Program-made: the position numbers and the translations under genes | Notes under the pieces: model-generated | Seen by the model: the letters and a program-made list of their open reading frames with translations, nothing else | Told to the model about the DNA's origin: nothing | Databases searched by the model: none | IMG/VR virus record: IMGVR_UViG_2862481585_000002 | Coordinates: 1 to 64,000 of that record | Reading direction: 5' to 3' (one strand) | Length of the DNA stretch: 64,000 nt | Origin: a virus | Taxonomy: Duplodnaviria > Caudoviricetes | In this document: in pieces, positions 8,873-18,359 of the stretch | Numbering within the stretch: position 1 is the first letter of the stretch | How the letters are laid out: each line of letters begins with the position of its first letter

Positions 8873-9112
8873 ATGAGACTTCCTTTCTTCGTGCGCCGCG
8901 TCCCCACCCTCAAGGAATTCCCGTTCGCCTACAGAACATGGACCCAGGAGATGAGGGAGCCCTTTCGCCGCGGCAACACCCTCGTCATCCGGCTGCCGTT
9001 CGGGCAGGGCATCGGCGTTGGCCGGTGGACCGGGACGCTCCCGAGCGAGGACCACGCCTTGGTGGCGGTTCTGGGCAGCCCGAAGCCGTTCATCCCCGGC
9101 CGCGATGACTGA
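8873..9112 (+). CDS. Hypothetical phage protein
   Basis: ORF in operon. Confidence 0.6.
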   Translation: MRLPFFVRRVPTLKEFPFAYRTWTQEMREPFRRGNTLVIRLPFGQGIGVGRWTGTLPSEDHALVAVLGSPKPFIPGRDD

Positions 9113-9199
9113 CGAGGACCTGGCCCGCCGGCAGGTGGCACGCCGGAGCGAGGACACCGACGAGGAATGGGAGCTGCTACAGATGCTGGGGTTGGACGG

Positions 9200-9469
9200 A
9201 TGAAGCTGAGACGATTGATCGAGCGGCTCTGGCCGGCACACCGGCTGCTGGAGAGAGCGGAGCGGCGCGTCAAGCTGCTGCCGCTCGTGGAACTGCTGGA
9301 CACGGCTGACATCACGGGCTCGACGATCGCCGCGGCGCTGTACCGGCACCGTAAGGCTCCGAGCGACGAGGCCCTCGCAGAAGCCGTGGACGGAGTCGTC
9401 GCCCTGGCGGCCATCGTCCGCGAGCTTCAGGAGCGACAGAAGGCGTGGGAAAGCCCCAACCCGAGCTGA
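9200..9469 (+). CDS. Hypothetical protein
   Basis: ORF ending in a terminator hairpin. Confidence 0.6.
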   Translation: MKLRRLIERLWPAHRLLERAERRVKLLPLVELLDTADITGSTIAAALYRHRKAPSDEALAEAVDGVVALAAIVRELQERQKAWESPNPS

Positions 9470-9482
9470 CGGGTTGGGGCTT
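9451..9482. terminator. Bidirectional terminator
   Basis: AAGCCCCAACCCG...CGGGTTGGGGCTT between convergent genes. Confidence 0.7.
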
Positions 9483-9495
9483 GGTGCTGTCCGGG

Positions 9496-9963
9496 CTAGC
9501 TGAGCGGGAAGGCCCAGGAGACGCAGATGGCGTAGAAGAAGAGACTGGCCAGGATGATGCCGCCTGACTGCGTGATGAGGTGGATGCCTCCTTGGGCCCG
9601 GCGCAGCGAGGACTCGACCTCGCGGGCGTAGGGGCCGACGCTGAAGCCGGCCCAGCGCATGCGGCGGGTCAGGCGAAAGACGATCGCCGAGAAGATCCAC
9701 ATGGTGATGGCCATGGGGGCGAGGGAGTCGCGGAAGCTGCCCGAGTCGTACCAGGTGAATGAACCGACGTACAGGGCCAGGAGTGTGCCGCCCCAGATCA
9801 TGAGTCGGTACATGAACACCAGCCGGCGCTCGACGACGCGGCCGGCGGCAACGAGGTAGGCCTGCCCGTCAGTGAGGCCGTGGCCGGGGACGGAGCGGAC
9901 CGAGTCAGCCTCTCGCGTTATGCGCTGAGCCCAGTTGTCCTGCGCTCCCCAGTCGATTCCCAT
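9496..9963 (-). CDS. Membrane protein (about 3 TM segments)
   Basis: Hydrophobic segments; counter-oriented like a moron. Confidence 0.65.
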   Translation of the reverse strand: MGIDWGAQDNWAQRITREADSVRSVPGHGLTDGQAYLVAAGRVVERRLVFMYRLMIWGGTLLALYVGSFTWYDSGSFRDSLAPMAITMWIFSAIVFRLTRRMRWAGFSVGPYAREVESSLRRAQGGIHLITQSGGIILASLFFYAICVSWAFPLS

Positions 9964-10070
9964 TACCGCCCCCGGTCTGTGTGCGAAGTGTGAAGCAACT
10001 GTAGCTGCCGAACTAGGCCTTTGATCAGGTGTGCGCAAGTAGGCTGGTGGTAACAGGTGAAAGGGCGGGT

Positions 10071-10433
10071 ATGGACTTCATCAGGATCGTCGAAGACGCC
10101 ATGGAGCGCTACGGTTGGCGCGCAGTGAACGTCCCCGGCGAGCCGGCTGGCCAGGGCTGGGAGGCGGTGCCCAAGAGGGGGAACCATGCCAAGTACGAGG
10201 TCCAGCTCGATGGTGTACCGCAGGGCCATGTCGTAGCGAGGTCGCGTCTCACTGGGAAGCCGCACCCCGATTACCGGTACCAGGCGGAGTTGGGTATGCC
10301 GCCCGACCCCGTTCGCAAGGTCGGGCACCTCTGGATTGCGCCGTTCAACTCCTGCGTGGACTTCGTGGTGGCGCATACCACTGGGACGGCGCCGCCCTAT
10401 ATTCCGGACCGTCCGTTCTGCCCGCCGGATTAA
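10071..10433 (+). CDS. Hypothetical protein
   Basis: ORF with plausible composition. Confidence 0.55.
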   Translation: MDFIRIVEDAMERYGWRAVNVPGEPAGQGWEAVPKRGNHAKYEVQLDGVPQGHVVARSRLTGKPHPDYRYQAELGMPPDPVRKVGHLWIAPFNSCVDFVVAHTTGTAPPYIPDRPFCPPD

Positions 10434-10463
10434 CACAATTCCATAGACCCTTCTTACCCTGAT
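10431..10463 (+). promoter_or_regulatory. Putative late promoter, TAAC-N25-TGAT family
   Basis: TAACACAATTCCATA...TGAT upstream of terminase. Confidence 0.6.
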
Positions 10464-10493
10464 TGCACCAATTGGAGCGATGCGGGGTAATTC

Positions 10494-12053
10494 ATGGCGT
10501 TGAAGGTCGTCGGTGGAACAGACGTCGAGGGCGACGACGAGGAGTTCCAACTCCCTGTCAATTCCGAGATATCCCAGGAGACCGTCGACCGCATTATCGA
10601 GAAGATGCTCCTCGTCATCGACGAGTTGAGCGGACACCCCCTCCGCGACTATCAGGTCCCACTTGCGCGGCGAATCCTGGAGTCGATGATCCTCGGCGAC
10701 ACCGCCAAGATCACCGCCTGCTGGGCCCGGCAGTCCGGCAAGTCCGAGACCCTCGCGAACACGCTCGCCGCGGTCCTGATCATGTTCCCGCGCCTTGCGC
10801 CGATCTTTCCCAATCTGCTGGGCCGGTTCGCAGAGGGCGTGTGGCTCGGGGCCTTTGCTCCGGTGGATGACATGGCGGACAACATCTACGGCCGCATCGT
10901 CAGCCGGCTGACGTCCGAGCGCGCCCTGGAGCTGATGGCCGACCCGGAGATCGACGAGAAGGTCGTCGGCAAGGGCAAGGAGCTGCGGCTGGTGAAGTGC
11001 GGCAGTCTCGTCCGCAAGCAGACTTGCCACCCCAGGGCCCAGATCGAGGGACGCACCTACCACGTGGTGCTGATCGACGAGGCTCAGGTCGCCGACGAGA
11101 AGGTCGTCAACAAGTCGATCAGCCCGATGCTCGCGAGCACCCGCGGCACGATGATCCTCACGGGGACCCCCACCTACACGAAGGGGATCTTCTACAAGAT
11201 CATCCAGCAGAACAAGCGGTTCGCGACCCGGCGCGCTGCCCGGCCCAACCACTTCGAAGCCACCTGGCGGGACGTGGCGAAGGCACACCCGGACTACGGC
11301 GTCTACATCCGCGGTGAGATGCTCACCATCGGCGAGGACTCCGACGAGTTCCGCCTCTCCTACCGCCTCCAGTGGCTCCTCGACCGAGGCATGTTCACCA
11401 CCAGCGAGCGGATGGAAGAGCTGGGGGACCGGTCGATGCAGACCGTGCCGGCCTGGAATAGGACCCCCGTCATCGTCGGCATCGACCCCGCCCGCAAGCA
11501 GGACGCCACCGTCGTCACCGTCGTCTGGGTCAACTGGGACTACCCGAACGAGTTCGGCCAGTACGAGCATAGGATCTTGAACTGGCTCGACTTGTCGGGA
11601 CTCGGGTGGGAGGAACAGTACTTCCGGATCGTCGACTTCCTGTCCAACTACAACGTGCTGGCCATCGGCATCGACGCAGGCGGCATCGGTGACGTGGTGG
11701 CCAGCAGGCTGCGGGTCCTCATGCCCGGCGTCGACATCATTGACCTGCCTTCCGACCGAGGTGCCCAGTCCAAGCGGTGGAAGCACCTCATGGAGCTGAT
11801 GCGGACGGACAACCTCTCCTGGCCGGCGCACTCGAAGGTGAAGAGGACGAAGGTCTTCCAGCGCTTCCATACGCAGATGGAAGACGCCGAACTCGAATTC
11901 CAGGGCCCCAACGTCATCGTTCACGCTCCGGAGGAGACCGGCGCCCACGACGACTACGTGGACTCCCTCGCCAACGCGTGCTTCATGACCGCTGACCTGT
12001 CCATGCCCGAAGTGCAGGAGGAGAGCAACTTCTTCTTCTCCCGGGCCGCGTAA
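10494..12053 (+). CDS. terL: Terminase large subunit
   Basis: LRDYQ, ARQSGKSE (Walker A), VLIDEA (Walker B), TGT coupling motif, GIDPA and HDDYVDSLA nuclease motifs. Confidence 0.95.
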   Translation: MALKVVGGTDVEGDDEEFQLPVNSEISQETVDRIIEKMLLVIDELSGHPLRDYQVPLARRILESMILGDTAKITACWARQSGKSETLANTLAAVLIMFPRLAPIFPNLLGRFAEGVWLGAFAPVDDMADNIYGRIVSRLTSERALELMADPEIDEKVVGKGKELRLVKCGSLVRKQTCHPRAQIEGRTYHVVLIDEAQVADEKVVNKSISPMLASTRGTMILTGTPTYTKGIFYKIIQQNKRFATRRAARPNHFEATWRDVAKAHPDYGVYIRGEMLTIGEDSDEFRLSYRLQWLLDRGMFTTSERMEELGDRSMQTVPAWNRTPVIVGIDPARKQDATVVTVVWVNWDYPNEFGQYEHRILNWLDLSGLGWEEQYFRIVDFLSNYNVLAIGIDAGGIGDVVASRLRVLMPGVDIIDLPSDRGAQSKRWKHLMELMRTDNLSWPAHSKVKRTKVFQRFHTQMEDAELEFQGPNVIVHAPEETGAHDDYVDSLANACFMTADLSMPEVQEESNFFFSRAA

Positions 12054-12061
12054 GGAGCCAC

Positions 12062-12568
12062 GTGTCGATCGACCCGAACTACCACACCTACGACCCCAAC
12101 GACCCGTACAACATCATCGGCTGGACCAGCCAGAATCAGCTCGCCGGCCCGGGACACCCGGAGGCAAACCCGCCGGCCCCCTACCCGGCCGACATCGCGA
12201 TCCAGACCGTGCGGGCGACCTACATGGTCGAGGGAGGGCAGCCACTTCCCGGCAGCGTGCTGATCCAGGCCAACCGCCGCTACCGGGACCGGTCGACGGG
12301 GGACGTGGTCGTGCCTAACGCGCGTCGGGTCAAGGTCGTCAACGGGGCGCTCAGTGTCGACCTGCCGGCCGGTGACGATCCCGACCTCGACGAGCCGTTC
12401 CTGTACTCCGTGCACGAGGTCGTGCCCGGCGGCCGGAAGTTCATGATCTCCGTCCCGTACAACGCGGTCGGACCGCTCCGGCTGCACGACCTGGTGGTGG
12501 AAGCCGAGTACACGCCGATTCGGCCGCCACGGATCTATGCCCTCAGCCACCGGCTGGGCGGCGTCTGA
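12062..12568 (+). CDS. Hypothetical (probable virion structural) protein
   Basis: AAGGAG RBS; beta-rich sequence; directly follows terL. Confidence 0.7.
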   Translation: MSIDPNYHTYDPNDPYNIIGWTSQNQLAGPGHPEANPPAPYPADIAIQTVRATYMVEGGQPLPGSVLIQANRRYRDRSTGDVVVPNARRVKVVNGALSVDLPAGDDPDLDEPFLYSVHEVVPGGRKFMISVPYNAVGPLRLHDLVVEAEYTPIRPPRIYALSHRLGGV

Positions 12569-12580
12569 GGGCGCAGAGGA

Positions 12581-12611
12581 AAGGCCCCCCGAGCAGTGCT
12601 CGGGGGGCCTT
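12581..12611. terminator. Bidirectional terminator at the left edge of the cargo insert
   Basis: AAGGCCCCCCGAGCA-G-TGCTCGGGGGCCTT. Confidence 0.8.
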
Positions 12612-12624
12612 CGCGCTGTGAAGG

Positions 12625-12858
12625 CTAGAGGTCGGTGAACTCGCCGGCCTCCCAGCCCTGCGCGAACGCGGCCCATTCGCCCGCCGTGTAGCAGAGGTGG
12701 GGGCCCTCCGGGTTCTTCGAATCACGGATGGCGACGCCGCCACCAGGCAGGGGAGCCAGCTCGACGCACTGGCCGTTGTTGCCGGTGAAGCTGCTCTTCC
12801 GCCATGCCAGCGTTGCGGGGTCGATGCTGTAGAGGTCCTGCTTCTGCTGCTGCTCCAT
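12625..12858 (-). CDS. DUF397 protein
   Basis: WRKSSF...CVELA...VAIRDSKNP...W.AF signature. Confidence 0.95.
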   Translation of the reverse strand: MEQQQKQDLYSIDPATLAWRKSSFTGNNGQCVELAPLPGGGVAIRDSKNPEGPHLCYTAGEWAAFAQGWEAGEFTDL

Positions 12859-12859
12859 G

Positions 12860-13726
12860 TCAGTCTTCCTTGATACGTGCGATCAGATCGCGGGTCTTAT
12901 CGGGTGGCAAAGCGGCATCGGCGAGCGTGCTGAACAAGCGGTGCAACCGCCGAAGATCTCGCGGGTCATCCATCAGTACGCTACCGGCTACGGACTCGCC
13001 GAAGGCCACGTCAGGTACGTCGGGGTTCGGAAAGCGGAAGATCGTGAACGCTCCTGTCTGAGTTCCATCCGCTCCCTTCTCATAAGGGATCACCCTCAGA
13101 TCCACCGTCTCCATCTCCGACAGCTCCAACAGGTGTTGAAGCTGCTCCCGGTGGCCTTCCGGTCCACCGACCTGGAAGTGGAGCACCGCTTGGCTGATCA
13201 CGTACCGACATCTCAGCGGCTCGTCCGCGTCCAGGAGCCGGTGCCGCTTCCTTATCCCTCGAACCTCAACCAGGCCGTCCACCTGATCGGGGCCGAGTGA
13301 AGCGAAGCCAACGCTGGTCACGGACCGCGCATATCTTTCAGTTTGCAGGAGCCCAGGCAGAATGCCTACCTGGTATTCGAGCACATCCGCGGCGGACGCC
13401 TCGAAGCCGAGGAACCGCTCGTAGTTGGCGCTGATGATCTCGTTGTAGCGCGCCCACCACGGTTGTCCTCGCTCGCGGGTAGCGGCGTGGAGCTCCGCCA
13501 GCTCCTCAAGCTGCTGGCCGGACACCCCGTAGAGGCGCGTCATACCCTCGAAGAGCTCCTGGCTGCACGCCCGCTTGCCGGTCTCGACTCGGCTGATCAG
13601 GGAATCGTCGCAACCAAGGTGCTCGGCCACCGCCTTGATATTCAGGTCGGTGGTCTCCTCGCGAAGCCGGCGCAGGGCGCGGCCGAGCGCGACGCGGGCC
13701 ATCAACTGCGTGTTGGTGCCTGCCAC
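12860..13726 (-). CDS. XRE-family HTH regulator with DUF5753 domain
   Basis: LGRALRRLR, ISRVETG, IlPGLLQTERYAR; adjacent to DUF397. Confidence 0.93.
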   Translation of the reverse strand: MAGTNTQLMARVALGRALRRLREETTDLNIKAVAEHLGCDDSLISRVETGKRACSQELFEGMTRLYGVSGQQLEELAELHAATRERGQPWWARYNEIISANYERFLGFEASAADVLEYQVGILPGLLQTERYARSVTSVGFASLGPDQVDGLVEVRGIRKRHRLLDADEPLRCRYVISQAVLHFQVGGPEGHREQLQHLLELSEMETVDLRVIPYEKGADGTQTGAFTIFRFPNPDVPDVAFGESVAGSVLMDDPRDLRRLHRLFSTLADAALPPDKTRDLIARIKED

Positions 13727-13956
13727 CAGCCCTCCTTCCACCTACTGAGTCGGGGAGAGGCTACCGCAGAGGCGTCTGCCGATCCTGCTAGCCCTGCCCT
13801 CCAATGCATATGCCAAGTCAACTGAGTTGGCAATTGACAGTCATCTGCCTTGACGGTCCCTCAGAAGCTGGAGCACGATGCTCTCGTGACGTTAAGTGCT
13901 CCGGCGGGTTCGGAGCGCTACAAGATCCTTTGTGCTGCTCCCACCTTGGAGGCGCC

Positions 13957-14394
13957 GTGGACTCCGCACTCGCGCTGGAGATCACCCAAGCCGTGAAGGA
14001 AGCCGACCCTCTCGTGGTCCCGATGCCGGGCCTGCGCCGGGAGCAGGTACCCAGCATGCGCAAGGCCGTCGAGCACGTACTCGACCTCTGGGGCCACGGC
14101 CTCCGATCGAGGGACGTCACCACTGTCCTCTCCGAGCTGCTGGCCAACGTTATCGAGCACGTGCCGTCTTCGAGCTGCACTCTGATCCTGGAGCGCTACA
14201 CCTGGGGCGTGCGCCTCAAGGTCGACGACGACTGCACCCTCGTGCCGGACCTCCCCCTGCACGAGCCCGACCTCGACAGCGACTCCGGCCGCGGTCTGTG
14301 GCTCGCCGCCGCCCTCAGCGACGACCTTTTCTTCGATGGCTACTCAGTACGGCGCGGCAAGCGAGTCGTAGCCGACTTCCGGTGCGCGAAATGA
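13957..14394 (+). CDS. ATP-binding protein (HATPase_c, RsbW/AbaA-like)
   Basis: SELLANVIEH, V.D and SGRGLWL motifs; divergent from XRE. Confidence 0.9.
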   Translation: MDSALALEITQAVKEADPLVVPMPGLRREQVPSMRKAVEHVLDLWGHGLRSRDVTTVLSELLANVIEHVPSSSCTLILERYTWGVRLKVDDDCTLVPDLPLHEPDLDSDSGRGLWLAAALSDDLFFDGYSVRRGKRVVADFRCAK

Positions 14395-14837
14395 GCGCAG
14401 CGCCCACAACCACCGCTCCGGTCGAGGCGAACCCCCTCCCCGTGACCGCCTCCCGGAGCGGTGCACAGCCCCTTACGGCGCGCGGCATCTGGTGTACCGC
14501 GGAGATCCGGCTCGTCGGTGACCTTGAGCCACGACGTCAGTACTCATCGCCCGCCGAAACCGCCGCTGTGGCAACGCGGTGGATGCGTGTCCAGGTCCGT
14601 CAGGTGCAGCACGTTCTCGCCGACGAGCAGAAGGCGCTGGCTGACGAATGGCTGCATGCCGGCTTTCGAGAGACGCTGAGCGCCCTGGAGGCCGGCCAGG
14701 AGGCCGGGCTGTCCGTAGAGCACCACGGATCCGTGGTGAGCTGGGCTGGCCGGCCGGCCATATTCCTCCGCCTGGCGCATCGGAAACCCGATACCCCTGA
14801 CTGCGCCTTCCAGGTCGAGGAGGGACTGGAGCGGTGA
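14391..14837 (+). CDS. Hypothetical Streptomyces-type protein
   Basis: ATGA coupling to the ATPase gene. Confidence 0.65.
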   Translation: MSAAPTTTAPVEANPLPVTASRSGAQPLTARGIWCTAEIRLVGDLEPRRQYSSPAETAAVATRWMRVQVRQVQHVLADEQKALADEWLHAGFRETLSALEAGQEAGLSVEHHGSVVSWAGRPAIFLRLAHRKPDTPDCAFQVEEGLER

Positions 14838-15127
14838 GCAGGCCCTACACACCTCACCTACGGCGTCTGGAGATCGAGTGGGTGACGGGGCCCATGTGCA
14901 CTTGGTGCCAGGGATACGGCGACGGCGTCCCGGTCACCTACGTCGGTCCCATCGTCTGGAACGGACAGCACGGAGCCCTCTACTGCTGTGAAGGGTGCCT
15001 GGACTGGTTGCACCACCTTCTAATGGGTGGCTTCCTCGACCCGGACTCGGCTGTCGCGAACCGCGCTGAACACGAGCATCCCGTTACGCCGGCAATGGAG
15101 TATCGGGGGAGAGGACACGCATGCTGA
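14834..15127 (+). CDS. Small CxxC/CxxC protein
   Basis: CTWC...CEGC; GTGA coupling. Confidence 0.65.
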   Translation: MSRPYTPHLRRLEIEWVTGPMCTWCQGYGDGVPVTYVGPIVWNGQHGALYCCEGCLDWLHHLLMGGFLDPDSAVANRAEHEHPVTPAMEYRGRGHAC

Positions 15128-15636
15128 CCCGCGACATTGAGAAGCGGCTGGAGCGCCTTCGGAACGACAAGGTGGCCGCCGCGCTTGACATCGATCGGCC
15201 GCCGTTGTCGCTGAACAGGAGGCGGGCGTCTCGGCGCGAGCTGCCGGAACCCGTCATTGTGGCCACCCGCATTGGCGGCTCCCGCCCGATTGACCCCGAC
15301 GAACTTCATCGCGGCGACGTGCTGATTCTGAGCACAGGTCGGCATCGCGTGAAGGACATGGTCCTGGTCGGGGGCGGCAAGCGAATCGTCTTCTTCCGTG
15401 ATCGGCCTCCGATCGCTGTGGGTACGAGGTACACCACCGCGTGCCCGACCTCGCTCACCCAGCTCGCTGAGGAAATCGACCAGGTCGTAAGGGCCATGAG
15501 TACGCCGCCGATGAGTGCGTCGCTGCATCAGGGGGCGAGTTCCCGGCTCCCGCGGCCCGGCCAGGTCCATGAGGTGGACTGCGCCACCTGCGAAGGCCCC
15601 TGCAACGACACGTACGGGCACGGCTCGTCAGCGTGA
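15121..15636 (+). CDS. Hypothetical protein
   Basis: GAGAGGA RBS; overlapping operon gene. Confidence 0.55.
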   Translation: MLTRDIEKRLERLRNDKVAAALDIDRPPLSLNRRRASRRELPEPVIVATRIGGSRPIDPDELHRGDVLILSTGRHRVKDMVLVGGGKRIVFFRDRPPIAVGTRYTTACPTSLTQLAEEIDQVVRAMSTPPMSASLHQGASSRLPRPGQVHEVDCATCEGPCNDTYGHGSSA

Positions 15637-15669
15637 TCGACAAGCTCGCCACACCAAGGAGCAATATCC

Positions 15670-16143
15670 ATGTCCACCGTCATCCACACACTGGTCAGAC
15701 CTCCCTTGCCGGAGGGAATGGAGCCGTTGACCGAGCAGGAGAAGCGGGTTCTCGAACTCAGTGCACTGGGGCACTCCAACAGCGAGATTGGTGCCGAGAC
15801 GGGCCTGGGTAAATGGCGCTTGCCCCCGGTGCTCGAACACCTCACCTCCAAGCTAGGCGTGCGCGGGTGTGCAGCGCGAGGTTGTCGCCCCGCGATGGTC
15901 TACATCGCCATGGTGAACGACATCGTGGACCTGCCGAAGCCCGATGACCCCGGCCCCTTGCTAGAGGACGAGATGGCCTACCTGCGCGCGCTGGCCGCCG
16001 GAAGGACCTTTAAGGCGCACGCGGAGGTGTACGGCATGAACGTCACCGAGGCGGATCACCTGTCTGCGCGGGTCCGTCAGCGGCTGGGCATGCCTCGGAC
16101 CGCTGCCCACGCCGTCTACCTGGCATCGTCGCGGCTGCTCTGA
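15670..16143 (+). CDS. LuxR-type HTH regulator (tandem HTH-like halves)
   Basis: LTEQEKRVLELSALGHSNSEIG. Confidence 0.75.
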   Translation: MSTVIHTLVRPPLPEGMEPLTEQEKRVLELSALGHSNSEIGAETGLGKWRLPPVLEHLTSKLGVRGCAARGCRPAMVYIAMVNDIVDLPKPDDPGPLLEDEMAYLRALAAGRTFKAHAEVYGMNVTEADHLSARVRQRLGMPRTAAHAVYLASSRLL

Positions 16144-16150
16144 TGCCGGG

Positions 16151-16414
16151 TTGGAGAACACCTTGCACCACCAGGCACCGTGTGGAGCCGGCGCGAACGG
16201 AGTCCCGGCAACACCCCCGTCGCCCCCAGCGCCGCCACACCTACGCGAGGTTCTGCGTGTACTTGAGCAAGGGCTCACGGACGAGGCGGCTGCGGCTCAA
16301 CTCGGCATATCGGCCCGTACGTACAGCCGGCGCGTGGGCGAGCTGATGGCGCAGCTCGGGACCGGAAGCCGCTTCCGCGCAGGCGTCGAAGCGGTTCGAC
16401 GGGGATGGCTGTGA
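16151..16414 (+). CDS. Stand-alone LuxR C-terminal HTH protein
   Basis: GLTDEAAAAQLGISARTYSRRVGELMAQLGTGSRFRAG. Confidence 0.8.
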   Translation: MENTLHHQAPCGAGANGVPATPPSPPAPPHLREVLRVLEQGLTDEAAAAQLGISARTYSRRVGELMAQLGTGSRFRAGVEAVRRGWL

Positions 16415-16487
16415 CGCACGAACCTGAAGCCCCGGGACCCGGCCGGGTCCCGGAATCCTGCAAACCCCAAGAAACAGGAGGCTCCGC

Positions 16488-17387
16488 GTGTTCATTGACA
16501 TCCCGGGCGAACTCGAAGCCGCTCTGATCGATCTTCCTCTCCCGACGTGGGAGCTGGACGGTTCGTTCCTGGCGGCGTCCACGATGGAGCGGTACCGGAC
16601 CGAGCTGGCGGCGACCCCGCGGTTCGAGGAGATCGCCGAGACGTTGCGCCACGCGCTGATCGATGAGGGCGGCGGCTACGCGGTGCTGCGCCTCGGGAAC
16701 CTCGCCAAGGCTCTGGGGGCCGGCGACCGGTTCCGGCGGCTGGCGACGGGCTTCGCGGCTGAGGTGGCGGTCCCGTTTTCGCCCTTCCCGCGGTGGCTCC
16801 TGTGGAAGGACATCGGGGTCAAGGTCGACAAGGACCCCGGCAAGTCCAGCGGCATCGGGTACAACGCCTTCCACATGGACCTGGTGAACGCGACCTTGCC
16901 TCCGGACTACACCACGCTCCTGTGCGTCCGCCCCGACCCGCTTGGCGGCGGCCTCAGCATCCTCTCCGACGCCCATGCGGCGGTGGGGCGGCTGTCGGAG
17001 GCCAGCCGCGCCCTGCTGACCGAGTCGGCCTACCACTACGGGACCTTCTTCGACCTCCACGAAGTCGGAGAGGAGTACAAGCCGTTCCCGATCCTGGACG
17101 ACTCCGACCTGGGCGAGGGGTTCGTCCGGTTCACCGCCAAGATGCTGGAGCGGTCCGAGCTCGGCCAAGCGCACGCCGAGGCTGCCAGGGAGCTCGCCGA
17201 GGAGCTCGTCCGGGGGCAGGTCTCCTTCATGCTCCAGGCCGGGGACTACCTCCTCGTGAACCAGCGCCGCTTCCTGCATGGCCGGCAGGCGCTCCACAGC
17301 GGTCAGGAGACCGTCCCGGTCTGCGACCGGCGGCTGCTCCTCCAGTTGTTCCTGCGGGCGAGGGCCGGCGACGGCTCAGCCGAGTAG
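16488..17387 (+). CDS. TauD/TfdA-family Fe(II)/2-oxoglutarate dioxygenase
   Basis: HMD, PDYTTLLCVR and LQAGD.LLVNQRRFLHGR motifs. Confidence 0.88.
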   Translation: MFIDIPGELEAALIDLPLPTWELDGSFLAASTMERYRTELAATPRFEEIAETLRHALIDEGGGYAVLRLGNLAKALGAGDRFRRLATGFAAEVAVPFSPFPRWLLWKDIGVKVDKDPGKSSGIGYNAFHMDLVNATLPPDYTTLLCVRPDPLGGGLSILSDAHAAVGRLSEASRALLTESAYHYGTFFDLHEVGEEYKPFPILDDSDLGEGFVRFTAKMLERSELGQAHAEAARELAEELVRGQVSFMLQAGDYLLVNQRRFLHGRQALHSGQETVPVCDRRLLLQLFLRARAGDGSAE

Positions 17388-17519
17388 CCGACCGACGGCA
17401 CCGGTGACCCGCCGAGGCCCGCCCACGGGTCCAGCCGCCGATCGTGCGACACGGAACCGGGCCCGGTCGGGCACCCCCGGCAACGGTCGCGCACCGGGCT
17501 CCCCGAGCCCGTGCACGAT

Positions 17520-18293
17520 CTAGATGCGCGCGTTGCGCAGCGACTGCCACACAGCGCCGGCCAGCGCCCGCGTCGCCCGCGGGACCGACAGATGCTCGTG
17601 CTCGCGGTACAGGGCCCAGTTGTACTGGACGAGCGACAGCTTGTTGGAGGACAGCGATCCCGCCTGGTGGGCCCTGTACACCGCAAGCGGCTCTGCCAGG
17701 CCCCGGGCGTCAGCGCCGTCCCGCATGATCGACAGCCAGAGGGCGTAGTCCTGGCGCTTGCGCATCTCCGGCATCAGCCTCGTGCCCAGGACCTTGCGGT
17801 CGTACATGGCGGTGAGGGCACCGATGTGGTCTCGGACCAGCATTGCGCGGTAGTCCACGTGCTCTCGCGCATGAACCACCCGCCCGTTCGGGACCCAGTC
17901 GGTGCTCTCGCCGTCGTAATCGGCGTCCATCTTGAAATACGCGGTGAACGTCAGCGGCGCGTCACCTTCCGCGGCGAAGGCGAGCTGCTTCTCGGTCTTC
18001 TCCGGAAGCCACATGTCGTCGCTGTCGAGAAAGGCGATGTAGTCCCCGCGAGCCCGCTGGATCGCGAGGTTGCGGGCCCGGCCCGCACCGCCCCGTTCGG
18101 GCGCCGACTCCGGTAGAACGCGCTCATCCTGCTCGGCGAACCCGCGAAGCAGGTCCATGGAGCCATCGGAGGACTGATCGTCGGTGACCAGCAGCTCCAG
18201 GTCGCTGTGGGTCTGCGTCAGCACCGATCGAACGGCTGCGCCAAGGGTGGCTGCCGAGTTATACACGGGCATCACGACGGACACCAAGGGCAC
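17520..18293 (-). CDS. Glycosyltransferase family 2 (TuaG-like)
   Basis: VSVVMPVYN, DD.SSDGS, ARN, YIAFLDSDD, QDYALW; AAGGAG RBS before GTG. Confidence 0.93.
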   Translation of the reverse strand: MPLVSVVMPVYNSAATLGAAVRSVLTQTHSDLELLVTDDQSSDGSMDLLRGFAEQDERVLPESAPERGGAGRARNLAIQRARGDYIAFLDSDDMWLPEKTEKQLAFAAEGDAPLTFTAYFKMDADYDGESTDWVPNGRVVHAREHVDYRAMLVRDHIGALTAMYDRKVLGTRLMPEMRKRQDYALWLSIMRDGADARGLAEPLAVYRAHQAGSLSSNKLSLVQYNWALYREHEHLSVPRATRALAGAVWQSLRNARI

Positions 18294-18359
18294 AGCACTT
18301 CTCCTTGCCAGACCAGGAACGACGGTCCATTCAAGCACCGCAAACGAGTAGGAGCTGCC

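Noticed and set aside
9963-11948. Long antisense ORFs (also 7871-9700, 51414-53123, 55298-56887)
   Set aside because: Shadow frames caused by high-GC codon bias opposite well-supported genes
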